From the NCBI GenBank assembly GCA_963924565.1, contig OZ004611.1:23498001-23562000 (forward strand): DNA of 64,000 nucleotides. Reading direction: 5' to 3'. The stretch comes from Ascidiella aspersa. Taxonomy: Eukaryota. The notes beneath the pieces are model-generated. The model saw only the letters and a program-made list of their open reading frames with translations. It was not told the DNA's origin and did not search any database. This document shows, one piece after another, positions 12,101 to 24,906 of the stretch (the stretch's first letter is position 1; each line of letters opens with the position of its first letter). The position numbers and the translations under genes are program-made.

Positions 12101-15100
12101 TCTCAACCTTATTTTACACGCGGCGCGGCAAAACTAATTGCAAGATTGAGAATTTTATACACACAGAGTTAAAACAACATGTCTGGTGCCTTTTCAGAGG
12201 AAAACGCATACCAACAAACAAAAGCTTATAAATCATCGTGCACGAAAGTGACTGAAAAATCACGTCTTATTCTTTTTGCAAATCTTTTGTTGCAGGTCAT
12301 ATTGGCCAATGAGCTTTCCATTATTTGTTCAAGTTAAAAAAAAAGAAAAAATACTACACGATTTTAAAACGGAAGATGTACGAGTGACTAGTAATATAGT
12401 TAAAGACTCCAGGTGCAAAAATTCAAAGTCTGTTCCATTTACTCCTGTTCTTTACGGATAGCACTTCACATTTTGTATATTGTCGAAGAAGAAAAGTAAA
12501 ACTTACCGTCGCCACCGTGCGGCTTGTCGTTGCTCTCGTTGTGGCCGTTGTGGGCGCTAGAGTGCTGCGAGTCGCCGTTTTCTTCTTCAGGAACTAGAAG
12601 ATCGAACGGATTGCGATTTGGATCAGCAAGAACTACAATTATACAGTTTACTTCGGTAAGAAACCGTACATTTAATAATTATCTACAATCAAACTGCATT
12701 TCATAAAAAATGCAAGTAGCGTCAGTGAACAGCCCGTCAGTATAGAGAACGAATGTTGTTTACTATTTAAAGATATGCAAGATAAAAATCGCCAAAATTT
12801 ATTTCATTAAATTTACTGGAAACGCGATTGTTATGAACACCACGAGAGAGTGAAACACAGGATCAGACATTTTATTGTAGTTCCATTGTTTATATACGCG
12901 CCAGCGGAAGAGTGTTTGGACTCCATAAACATAGAGCCTTTTATATAAACAGTTAATATAAAACATTTGCATAGTTGTTTTTTGCAAAACACGACAAAAA
13001 TCGGTCACTATTTATTATTTATACATGCTGACTTGACGATGTGTTAAAACTATGAAGTTCCTGATTTTTGTAAAAAAAATGTCTTGATTTTTGTAAACAA
13101 GCGACCGGTGCTAAAACCTTGAACAGCCCTACTTAAATTTAAGATCAAATGTTTTTTTTTTGAATAAAACGTGTTTGACATCAGCAAACAACAACGCGGA
13201 TGAAAAAAACGGCCCTTCTTAATTTTATACAACACGTTTCAACCTTCACAAACTACAGAGCTAAAAGTTAAAAATTACACATAACTGGACCTAAACATAA
13301 TTCCTTTAGCAAGTGATCATATAACTTAGCACTATATCTAAAAAACAATCTACATAAAAATGTTGGAGAGGCACAAAACGAAAATTCGAAGCGGCAAAGG
13401 CACGTCATGACGCATGACGCATGACGTAATCAAAGTCACGCGTCTCCAACTCACTTGTGTTTTTCAGGTTTGGCTGCTCCCTCCGATCCTGGTTGTGCGA
13501 GTTACCCCGACCGCCACCCCTGGGGTAACCACCTCTGCCCCTGTTGTTGTTGTTGTAACCCCGCCTGTAACGAGGGTCGGCCCCAGGACCGTAGTCCCTA
13601 AATTGAAAAAAGAAAGATACGTTATATGTGTGGAATGCTGTCGTTTGCCTAGTTTGATCAAAATGTGTAGCCGTCGGAAAACTGTGCGTTTTTAGGAAAA
13701 AATATTTTTTTAGGTTAATACTGTTTGCTTTTTTGATCTAATGTACTTTTAGGACAAACTTGCAATTTTTCTCTTAAATTCAGCAGAAGTACGTATTTAC
13801 ATTTCATGGTTTTTATTTTTTGTATATAAAGTTTTTGATTTTATGGGCAACTCACATAAGCTAAATTTTATTAAATAAAAGTGTTTGCTATTAAAAAACG
13901 TACAGTTTACAATACAAACCAGCCGTAGTTACTGGGAATACTTAAGTATACAGAGTTGCTTTCTATGTGTATTCTTGTCTCGTTGTAAAAACGTTTAAAA
14001 AAGTTTTTTTGATATGTAACTAGCTTAAAAAGTGTCTATTGCGACACTCGCCCCTCTTATAGTTCACAACAAAATTACAAATCGAGCTCAAACCTAAAAC
14101 CCCTATACATTTCTATTCAATAGCCACTGTTCTATAGGTGGCCGACAAACATTAATCATGAAACATTAACAGTAAAAAGATAGAATATACCTTCGGGGTA
14201 ATGGCTTTCCCTCGGCCATAGAGTCGCCTGTTTCAGACCCGGTATCCGAGACGTTGGACATTTCCGAGTTCGTCGCTGTTCCGGGCTCTGGTTGAAAATA
14301 GCACCAATTAATTGTTATAATGATATTTGAGAACAGTCGTTGAACACAGTCATACGTGTGTGCAACTTTCAGTGAATGATATTACCAAACTTACAAATAT
14401 AGCATAATTGTAAGCTACAAAACGCCTTGACAAACAAACCTTTGCCGATAAAAAAGCAACTCAACTCAAAAAAGTAAAATACAGAGCCAGACATTTGTTT
14501 AAAGCAGTGGTCCGTAAATTGCGTGCCAGGAAACAATGGAAATCGTAATTTCTTTGAAACACACTAAACATTTGGGAATTCTAATATTAAGGTATTTATG
14601 TCTTGCAGTATAAGGGTGGTCACTGGTCAACGAAGCATAATTGGACTGGATTGTAACGTAATGATAGAAAATGTTACATGGCTATTATCAAAGTCGCAAG
14701 CTGAATAAATTCCTTTGGTTTTAGGAAACGCATTTAAGCATTTACCTCTGTCGCTGCGATTTCTTCTCTCGTCATTGTATCTTCTGTCCTCGTGGTATCT
14801 GCGATTTTGCCTCGGCGGTCTTCTCCCTTCACCGTCGTCGCCACGTGGTGGCAGCCCGGAGCTGTTGTTGCCAAGCTGGCGGATTTTCTGATTCAAATTT
14901 ATCTGTTCCAAACGGAGCTTGTCGAGATCCTGTTAAAAAATAACAAAATTTATTGCGATTTTTTTATCTACAAAACCCATCATTTCGGGCGATTTTCGCC
15001 TGTTAAAGTCAAATACAAAGATATGTTTTCGCTTATAAAAAAAATGAGGAAAAAAAAATTGCCATCATTACGTTTTTAGGTAATAAAAACAGCCACACTA

Positions 15101-18100
15101 CACTTGGCCGAAAAAAATTATTTGGGGCTTAATACCCAATTAAGAATCCGTATAGTTTTTGGATTTTAAGGGAAAATAACAAATTTCCTAAATTGATTGT
15201 TTTCAGAATTTTTAATAATATAATTTATAAATTAATCCATAAAAAAAGAAATAATTAGGCTTGTTATAACCGAAGTTGAGTAAGAATAATAAATAAATGT
15301 GTTATATTAATTCAAGTCTAATCAAAAGATCCGATTCCTTTCTAACGGCGATGTCTGACAATGTCGGATAGATATACGAGGCTATGGTAGTATTGGTTCT
15401 CGTCCGATATTACGCTAGTATTTGTGCCGAAGCGATGCCAAATTACCAAATTAACAAAGCAATTTTCAGCTTTAATAAAGGTAAATTTATCCTACATTGT
15501 AGGTTAATAGCTGGATGTAACTAAACTTCTTAACGCTTAACCAAAACTTTGGTCTAATAACGCACATAAAGTTACCTTTAATAGTTTATTTTGCATCTCT
15601 ATTAGCTATTTAACCATAGTAATGACGGCATTTGGTATCAGATTGGATCGCAATCCTGTTTTTGTAAAATATCGGGTGTATGGTATCTGAATAAAATGTC
15701 AGGTGTCGTACGTCGCTAGTTTTTAAATCAAATTCCAATTGCAAGAACCTTAAGATAAGCAACGTGATAGTATCGGATCGGATCGCGATGCATTTTGCAT
15801 ACAGAATCGGGTGAAAGGTATGAGAATAAAAAAAGTCCGGTATCGTACGTCGCTACTTTTTTGATTAAATTTCAATTGTAGGCACCTTGAGATAAGCAAC
15901 GTGGTAGTTGAGCATCGCCTCGGCGTTCCGGATGTTGTCCTTGGTACCGACGAAGCGGAACGGCACCAGGTTATCGGTGCGATTGTTCGGTTCGTTTTCG
16001 TCGTCGCCGATCACGCGGACACGAAGCACCCCGGATTTGTCGATCATCTCCTGAATCGTGACGCCTTTTTTGCCGATCACTTTGCCTGGAAAACCGTACG
16101 TAGGGATTTTTTTTAAACTGGTGACTTTTGAGTAAGGTGTCAATTTTCGATTTAATTATGTGACCCGATGGTGTATTTGCAATACAAAGAAATCACGTAT
16201 AAATCTAAAAATTTCACAAATGTTTACAGAATCATTTAAACGTGATGTTAAAATAAACATTTTACCTCCTGAAAAAGGGGGAGGATATTCAAATGTTGAT
16301 TTAGTCTGCTTTTATTTACTTAACAGTGTTAGAAACAAGTTCAAGTGTACAATAAATTTGAAACGAAACTTTCTTTAATGACGTTTATATTTTGTGATAT
16401 TTAAGTGAAGAAGTTCCACCACTCAGTACCACAACAAATCTAAACGGAATTGAGCAAACCGACATAGATTTTTTAAAGTTTGTGTGGCACGGTTCACGAC
16501 TTAGCTTCATGAGTGAGGTAACGAACGTGATACTGTGCTCATCATTTTTTAATTTCTCTTAAGCTTTAAAAGTCGTAACCTCAAGCTTAAAAAGCTTGGT
16601 TCATATCAGTTGCAAAAATCACGCTTGGTCTCCTTAAAGAAGCCGGAAAATGAACGCAGCACACACCAAGCTACATTTAAAGCACTGCGACGCAAACCAA
16701 TAACAAACAAATAAAACATTTAAAGATTACGTTTAACAATATTTCAGCAATAAGACCATAAATAAAATAATGTCCAGGTTGAATTATACACGAATTCGTT
16801 TTAAGACCTAAAAGAGACTAATATAAGTAAACCGAACTACGGCCCAAACCTAGAAAATACCAGTCAGAATGAGACGTAAACAGTCCAAATAACGTTTAAA
16901 CAACCTCTCACCCTACCGCAATGGCAACGCTAAATTTATATCTAACTCCAGCAATACCGCCATGCCTAACTCACTTCAAATGCCAATCATTTTTCACCAC
17001 TATCTCTTATCAAAGGCATTTGGTTTATTTATGACGTTTGTCCTAATACCGCGGCATTAAAGATAATTCCGTTATAGATATTGTTGCCTTGCAGGTCCTA
17101 TTGTGTGTTACCGTTTAACGTATGTGACAATCGCAAATAAATAAAAACAAATACTTTACAATGATTTCGGGTGACCCCATAACGAGGTGTTTCCGAATTA
17201 TTTTTAAGAATTTTACGTATCGGGCTCGGTCCTTTGCTATTTAAAAAAATCTAACATTAAACCAAAGCTGAAGTAAAATAAAGAAAATAGATAAATGATG
17301 TAACTTATATAAAGATAAGTTTTTTGAGATTGCTTTAATTCAGATTCAGAATCATCTAATTTTTGTGCATCTTTGCAAACATTGAAAAAAGAACATAAGA
17401 ATAACACAAAGACAGCGAAAGGACCTTACGGTCAAGTCGAGCTGCCCATTAATTGTTTGCCTAATCAAGTTGGGCTGCCAGGTTTGTTTTGGGGTTTACG
17501 GTTTAACACGCGAAAGTCGAAACTGATTATTGGCGGATCACTAATTCTGCTGTACTGTTCAGTACACATTTTAACAGGTATGCGGACCACAATTTAAAAA
17601 CAGGGCCAGTAAAAAGGAAACTCACCGACAAAGGGTCTCGGCACCAAAACCTCGGTCTCCAAAAACTCGAGAATATCTCTGGCCCTGGTCACGGCTTCCC
17701 TCGTCTCGCCATAGACGGTGAAGTTGTGCGTTTCCTCGTCCAAAATGATGTCCATTACTCCGGGCACCCGTCTGGCCGCGATAATGTTGTTGCCGTTGGT
17801 GCCGATGGCCAGGCCGATTAGGTCGTCAGCAACGTGAAAGTTCTCGGTGCAAGAGGTGGCGCGTTGCTGAGTGACCTGGGCGAAAAGTCGAAAGTATTTT
17901 AAAAAGGTTAAAACACTTTAGAAAGTAAGGATTCTCCCGCAGATAATAAAATGAAAAAGAACGATTCTTGTTTTCGTATAAGATGATCTCAAGACAGTTT
18001 ATGAAAACAGATAAAACATAAAATCGTTCCTTAAAATTTTACAGAAATATATTTTCTTCGCCTATAAGGCATCGTCAGTTTCTTATTCAACAAGAATTGC

Positions 18101-21100
18101 TTATAGGCAAAATAAATATTTCTGTAAATATTTTAAGATAATATTTTATGTTTTATCTGTTTTATAAACATTCAACAATCTTACGAACATTATTTAAAAA
18201 AGGCTCCCAGTTTGGACTGTTGGGAGTGTGGAGTGATCAGAATGGGATATTTTTTACTTTTTCTATTGTGGAAACCGAACGTATTGCTAAGCTACTATAC
18301 AAATAGGAAAATTGAGATTGATTAAGGCCGCCCATAATCTTGAACTGTTGCTCATCAGAATAAGCCAGTTGTTCTCAAAAGAGATCGACCGATATCCATT
18401 TTTTGTACCGATACTGATACCTGATTTTTTATATTTTTCAACTGATACCCGATACCAATTTTTTTATATACCTTAGAATGTTCAAATCTTAAATTAACTA
18501 AAGAAAATTCCAAATAATGTTTTAGTTTATATACCTTTATTAATTATTAAACTATTATTTTGCATATTAACTTGACCTGATGCTAAAACCAGATAAGTTG
18601 TTTGTTGTACAGGAAAAACGATATCATATTTTGGTACTAAAATATCGGCAAATGTATCGGCCTTCATTTACCGATATCGATATATCAGTAGAAGCCGAAT
18701 TTGACCGATATTATCGTTAAACCGATATATCGGTCTATCTCTATTTCTCAACCTTCTTTCTTTCGTGGCCTATTTTCGTTGCAAAAAAAATCTGTGGCTT
18801 AATCACTTTTATAAACAAAAAACATATTATAAAATAGGTTTAGACAAAAAAGATTTCAAAAGAGGCTATTTTGTTCAACCGTGCATTAGTGAGATACTTG
18901 CTGCTGAAGAATAAAATTTCCATTTTATTTACATTTCTTCTTAATTCCTGACCAAGCCATTATTCCTGTAAAGTTAAGTATAGTGACACAAATGAAACCA
19001 AATTTTTCAATAAATCTAGGCTTTCTTTAAATAGGTCTGTGAACCACATTACAGTTTTTTCGGTCCAAGGGTTGAAAACAGCTGGAATAAGGATTGTTTT
19101 TTTATTTCTATTGTTTCTTGTTTAACACCAAACGCTACACTGTTTTTGGTGACTTGAATTAGGGTGAAAAATCAGTTTAATTAACAAAGCCAACAAGCTA
19201 GTACTATCCCAAGAGTAGAGCGCCCAGAATGAGGCTGTTCAGGTACTACTGGTCCTTTTTTCAATTCCAGGCATGATAAAGAAACATTGACAAGAAAAGG
19301 GGCTATTCACACAGACGTGACTATAGTACTGGTATTTTTGTAAGTTCGCCACTGTTGGCATAAATATGTATTTTGAACCTCACAACCCAGCAAACAAAGA
19401 ATGTTTGGCTACACTTGGCAAAGTCAACAATTAATTTCTAACAAAATAAAGCGTTTCTTTAGTAACCACCATATGGACAACTTAAATAAAACTACCAAAG
19501 CATATTGAGGCTTTTTGTTTATAATGAATTAATAGTGATTAATAAATAGATTTTATATTAAAAGGTATTAATGTGTTAAAATTAAGATTTTTCTAGTTCC
19601 TTTGATGTACTGAGTTTAAACTCTATAAGCAACACAATGAACATATAAGAGAATCAAGAACTAAAGTTTACAAAACAATAAACATTAGCATAAAAATCAT
19701 ATAGAAGTGCAGAGAAGCCCGACGGCTTGGTTAAAAATGCCTTTGGGCCATAAACAACATGAAATAGGTATGAAAACCAAACCACTCTAGAGAAATTTGT
19801 CAGTCTTTTTTTTTAGTTTGACTTGAACCCATAATATCAGGATATGTTGACGTTAGAGATCACAATAGCGTATGCAATTGTCCTTACTGAAACACTACAC
19901 TCAATTCAAGCTTTAAATTATGCAAGCTGGTGTTTGGTTTTTCCACAAAAGTGGCAGAGTGGTACCCAAATACACTAAGGAACAAGATGTTATCTATTAG
20001 TAGAATTGATAGAATTGTTGGGTAGCCTTTAAAGATATATATCACAGATGGTTTTAAGAGCTAAATTAACTACAAAGTAATGAATTCCAAATGAACCAGG
20101 TTTTTGAAAGAGCTAAATAAACTACAAAGTACTGATCTAAATATAGGCTAAAATAAACCTACAAAATATGCCTTTCTATAAATACAACAAAAAAGTTTGT
20201 TCAAAAACAATATCCCCCCAAAAAACAGCGGCAAGAAATATTTTTACCTCCAGATGTTTTGCTGCTTCTTCCACTCTCTGTAGCATGGCCAACTTGGTTC
20301 GCAGACTTCTGAAATGCAGGTCGGCCACGATGGATGCTCGGTGTTTCGCAGATTCATTCGGCACCAGGACATCGAGGCACTTCTGCTCTGGGCGGTACTG
20401 GACAAAAATCGCCCCAGTGCTCTTTTCAAACTCTTTGTGAGCGTCAATATATTTGGTGCAACTGAAAACCGAAAAAAAAATTAACATCAGTACCTGTATA
20501 TGGGTCGAATAAGTTAGGTAAAAGAGTGGACCTATTTGTTACAAGGTTAAAAATACAATTAAAACAAAAGAAAAACGGGCTCTGACACAGTGAACCATGG
20601 ATGCATGTTCCCCAAGATAACATGAATTATCCTTATTTATATTGGCAAAAGTTCAACAAAATTTTTGTTTTTTTAAGGAGACGTTAATGCCCATTTAAGT
20701 CATCCTTTTCTTTTAAAATAAGGTTTTTTAAAAGTGAAAAAATCAATCAGTAAACTGGTAATATATTTTTATTCCTTTTAATAAGTGTTCTCATTTCAGG
20801 AAACAAAAAATGTAAACTTTGCATAAACACAAGGGATTATCACTTTCAAACAAAAAACTTACAATTCTTGCAAATCTTCAGGAACTGGAAGAATTGCCTT
20901 AAGAATCGGTGCCGAACTGAAAAGAGGCTGAGTGCTAGCACGGCGCAAGCGGTCGCGAGTCACAATTTCGGTGTGCTTCGGCTGACATGCCTGGTACTCT
21001 ATCACATGGAATTCACCCTTGGTCATCTTGACCTTGGCAAGCCACCATCCACAAGGCTCCATTTCATTGGCTCTTGTGTGGACCTTTTAAGCCACATAAA

Positions 21101-24030
21101 GAGTCACGATTAGTTTTAGGCCCAAATAAATTGTCACATTGTGGTAAAACGTTGAATGCAAAGGAGCAACTCAAACTCCTTAAATGCAAATCTGTGTGAC
21201 CCTGGAAATTATATTCTGAAACTTAAAACATTACCCAGAATCGAGTATCGTAAAGAAATTTTAAAAAAAATTAGAGTTTTTTTAGTTTAATCATAACACT
21301 ACCAACCAAGCAGTTGAAAATCTACATGATGGTGAAAATTAACAATAATTTTAGTGTTAGTGAATATAATCAAACTGTAAATTAACAGAAAGTTATTTAA
21401 TGTACATGTAAAGTTAATGGAAAAAAGGTGACAAAAACGTAATAAAAAAATTAAACCGGCAAAAAAAAATTTAGTCAAACCAATTAAATTAAATATTCAG
21501 ATAAAATAGTACAGTTATTTTGGGGAATTAAAAAAAAAGATATCATAATTGTTTGCATAAGTTGGAAGGGTAAAATACAAATAATTTTCATAAGAATATA
21601 TATATCAATAAGCAAAGCCAAGCACGTATATATTGTTTGTAGTGCTCTGCCAAGCACATATAACTATGAATACTTCTATTTCCAAGAGCTACATTGGGTT
21701 TGAATGGAAAAACTGTTGCACATTTAGGGAAATCAATAAAGACCAACACAAGTGGACAAGTGGCAATCAAAGAGTCAGGGCGATTTTTTAAACTCTATTT
21801 GAAGCCATCCTTTTATGCGGTGGCAGGGAAGTACGATTTAATCTCATTGATAAACATTGCATCAGAACCTTTTTTTGTATGACCACATGGTTTGAAATCC
21901 CAAGGGTATTGCAACTGGCATGAACTTTAATCATGACATTACACATGTCTGTCACAGTGTTTGGACCAAACCCAATCATTTCAACTTGGCACTCAATTAA
22001 AACCACAAACTTAACAACAGTGACAGCACATCAAATTCAAAATGTTTATTGTGTTTACTGCATCAAGAACACAAATTTTTGAAGTGTAGAAAAATTCTAA
22101 CAGTTTTTAGTTTAGCAGTAGGTTTATGCTGTAGTCTTACATATATATTGCAGCTGATTGTATAATTGGTTATATGAAAGATTCCACACAGTTTAAAATT
22201 AAAATGTATCTAGTATTAACAGTGGAATCATGGGAATTAGTTTTTAAGTGCTTCTAAACTTTAAAATTAACCAAATATAAAGGTATCTGCCGGGGTTACA
22301 TTTGTGTAGTTAATATTTTTTGGGGTTGCCATTAAAGATAATTCACAACAAAATATATATTTTATCCAGCTAAATTCCATGACAGAGACCAACACAATTA
22401 AATGATAGCTTTCATGGGATACAAATTTTTACAAGGTGAAACACTTTGTAACCTACAAAGCATACGTCATGTGCCATGAGTACTTAGGCAACACACAAAC
22501 AAAGTCAGAAACTCTATTTGTACCAATTTAAAGGTGAGTGTAATCAAACAACTAAAATTGGATCATGACAAGTAAACCAGTTGCAGCTTAAGGAAACAAA
22601 CTGGCAGCTGCCAAGGCACAGCTGTCATCTCTCAAACCAGGGAAAGGCACTTAATTACAGACACCCTGACTCAGACAAAGATAAAACAGCATATTAGTCT
22701 GTCTCTAGAAATGGCACCAGTTTTAACCTGCAGATGTTAGTTGTATGAACACATATTAGCTCTAAACACAGACAAAAAACTGTTTCTAATTTAAATTATT
22801 TTAAACAGACAAAAACTTCTTCTAATTTAAATTACCATCAGTACTGACTAACTAACCTTTCACAATTTCTGTGCGATATTGTTAGAAACTGTCTGTAAAG
22901 TTTATATTGTGAAAACAATGGATCTCTCAATTATAATAAAGAATTAATAAGAGAAACAGTGTAGTTCTTTTATTTTAATAACATTTTTGTTTAAATCTGG
23001 CAATTTTTGCACACAGCAATCTCTTCATATAAACCAACAAAATGATTGTTCAGAATACTTCAATGATTTTAACATTGGGTACCATCAGGCAAGAAACAGC
23101 TAAAGAACAGCTCCAAGCCAAATTAAATTAGTATTTAAGCATGAAACAATCACAACCAAATTCAGGATCCATAAAATATGTTCGTTACCTCAACATCCAG
23201 GCCTTCCACCAAGTCTTCATCACTGATTTCAGATTCTTTGGCTGTCGGAGCAAACCTGGCTTCACCGAAGCTGATTTTCCTTTCAGCTTGCCAACTAAAA
23301 TTAAACAACAGAAGCGTTCCATTTTAATCAAGGGCTATGGATACAAATACCTTTGTTTAAATTGGTTTGAACTTGTTGTTTAGCTTTGCAAAAAAAGCAA
23401 AGCAAAGCTTTTGTTCATGGCTGGTCTAGTAATACTTTGCAAAATATTTGGTAAAACAAAATGTGTTTCTCTACTTCAATCTAATAACATTATACCTTTA
23501 GTTGATGACTCTTGTTGGTAAATCAATTAAACAAACATAATAATGCGCAATAACTACAACATGAAAGGTCTCCCATCCTTACTTGTTTTCGAATGCCACT
23601 CTCACTCCATCAGGAAACACGTCCTTCAAAAAAGCCTAGAAACATAAAACGGTAAATTAAACTTTACAAAAAGTTACTAGTTGTGAAAGCCTTTAATTAG
23701 AACCTGGAAATGTTTAAAGGTCTAAAAAATGAGAATTTTCTTTCAAATATAATATTCTGCCTAATTACAAAACAAAAAACAAAGAATTATGATTCCATAA
23801 CACCTAATGAAGCCTGAAATAACTAGAAAAGTGAAAAAAAAAATAGTTTGTTTCAAAATGATAAATATAAATTACTACAAGAGCATTATCAGTATATTAT
23901 TCAAATAGAAAGGGAATCAATAAACACAAATTTTTGTAACATCAACAAAACAAACAGCCACACAAAAAAATAGGTAAACCTTGTAAAATGCAGTGTTAGA
24001 TCCTCTTACTTCCACAGCCCGTTGGTCCAT
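9179..24030 (-). CDS. FMR1: Fragile X family RNA-binding protein (FMR1/FXR1/FXR2 homolog), 15 coding exons, 655 aa
   Basis: Exons 23980-24030, 23583-23635, 23189-23294, 20863-21083, 20248-20461, 17626-17875, 15886-16085, 14746-14929, 14191-14287, 13455-13597, 12507-12632, 11904-11993, 11171-11236, 10019-10050, 9179-9313; phases consistent, 1968 nt. Motifs: N-terminus [17 protein letters not shown]; Agenet [10 protein letters not shown]; KH0 HFRSLRTKL; KH1 [10 protein letters not shown]; KH2 [19 protein letters not shown]; NES-like [18 protein letters not shown]; [11 protein letters not shown]; RGG boxes; [10 protein letters not shown]; C-terminus VNGVA*. The small exons 11171-11236 and 10019-10050 are less certain. 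Confidence 0.95.
9434..9771. mobile_element. hAT-type MITE (cagtgcttccca family)
   Basis: Termini cagtgcttacca ... tgggaagcactg; 8-bp TSD atttaagc/gtttaagc; homologous to ~11465-11863 and 34403-34708. Confidence 0.85.
10164..10433. mobile_element. hAT/Charlie-like MITE
   Basis: Termini cagggtcaaccaaact ... agtttgctgacccctg; its right end overlaps the TSD of the next element. Confidence 0.65.
10437..10969. mobile_element. hAT-type MITE with 19-bp TIRs
   Basis: TIR cagacttggacaactagat / atctagttgtccaagtctg; perfect 8-bp TSD ccctggcc; internal ttctaatctaattt repeats. Confidence 0.9.
11465..11863. mobile_element. Second copy of the cagtgcttccca MITE family (left end degenerate)
   Basis: Shares catttatgcaacaatgt, cagtagtaaagatgcaggttttatgtaa and aaaacttgcattaaa with 9434-9771. 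Confidence 0.75.
15635..15907. repeat. Diverged ~136-bp tandem duplication including the 3' end of FMR1 exon 7 and its donor site
   Basis: gtcgtacgtcgcta...aaattccaattgcaagaaccttaagataagcaacgtgatag (to 15770) vs atcgtacgtcgcta...aaatttcaattgtaggcaccttgagataagcaacgtggtag (to 15907). Confidence 0.75.
17972..18189. mobile_element. Foldback (inverted pair) element with a degenerate hammerhead motif, Penelope pLTR-like
   Basis: Arms aaaacagataaaacataaaat...ttacagaaatat...gcctataag and cttataggc...atatttctgtaaa...attttatgttttatctgtttt are reverse complements. The minus strand at 18043-18083 reads agaaa CTGACGA t gcc ttata ggc GAAG...tttct. Confidence 0.7.
18366..19084. mobile_element. hAT-type MITE with a second MITE (18379-18743) nested in its left TIR
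   Basis: Outer termini cagttgttctcaa...ttgaaaacagctg with TSD gaataagc/gaataagg. Inner termini agagatcgaccgata...tatcggtctatctcta with TSD gttctcaa/tttctcaa. Confidence 0.8.
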
Positions 24031-24599
24031 TTTAACTGCAGATTTCAGGTCAATTTTAGTCAAGTCCTACTACAAGTCGAATTGCTGAATTGCACAAAAG
24101 TAAGTTCATAACAGGGAACGTTCATAACCACGTTTGCTTCAAGTCATTACGTAAGTTAGGTATGCAACACCACCATACAAAAAAAAAAATAAATCATGTT
24201 ATGTCCAGTTGTTTTAATGTATATATATATTGCAAAATTATTGATTAATACCACTTTAAACCACTATTTTTATGGCGTTAGAAGTATTTTTTGCCGAAGA
24301 AAAACTTGATTTATATATTTCTACAATGGACATCCCAAGTAGAATGGTTAAACTAAATAACACAACAAACCAAAGCAGCAGTACAGGTATCTACAAAAGT
24401 GTGCAAACCCTAGATCATCAACTGCACATTAAAATGAGTCGTTTTATAACAGTAGAATTGAAAAAAGAAAAGTTTCAATTGTGGTTAATTCCTCTAAAAA
24501 GTTACGGCAAATCTATAGAGTAAATCCAAGAACTATAGCATCTATTTGAAATTTGAACTGAACAGTTTGAAACAGAATAATAGTTGTGTTATATATAAA

Positions 24600-24603
<4 letters not shown>

Positions 24604-24640
<37 letters not shown>
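24604..24640. repeat. (AT)n microsatellite in the PRRC1 3' region
   Basis: About 18 uninterrupted AT units. Confidence 0.95.
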
Positions 24641-24647
<7 letters not shown>

Positions 24648-24906
24648 AGAAAGTACATGCGTAGCAACAAATACAGAATTGCACCAAAGCACCATGGCAA
24701 TGTTAATAGTTGAGAGTGCCTTAAAGAAAACGCGTAATGTAAAGCGTGTACATATACTGATTGAATACAAATGTTTATCAAAAGCAGTGAGAAAAGGCTT
24801 TAAAGTGGCATTGTATTATTAAACAGACTTCCAATAAGGCAACCCCCTGGCGAATTAAAATATAGTTATATCTGTGTATGCAACATAAAGAAGCAATATG
24901 AGCATG

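Noticed and set aside
24031-24120. Search for a CGG repeat in the FMR1 5' UTR
   Set aside because: None present; the region is AT-rich.
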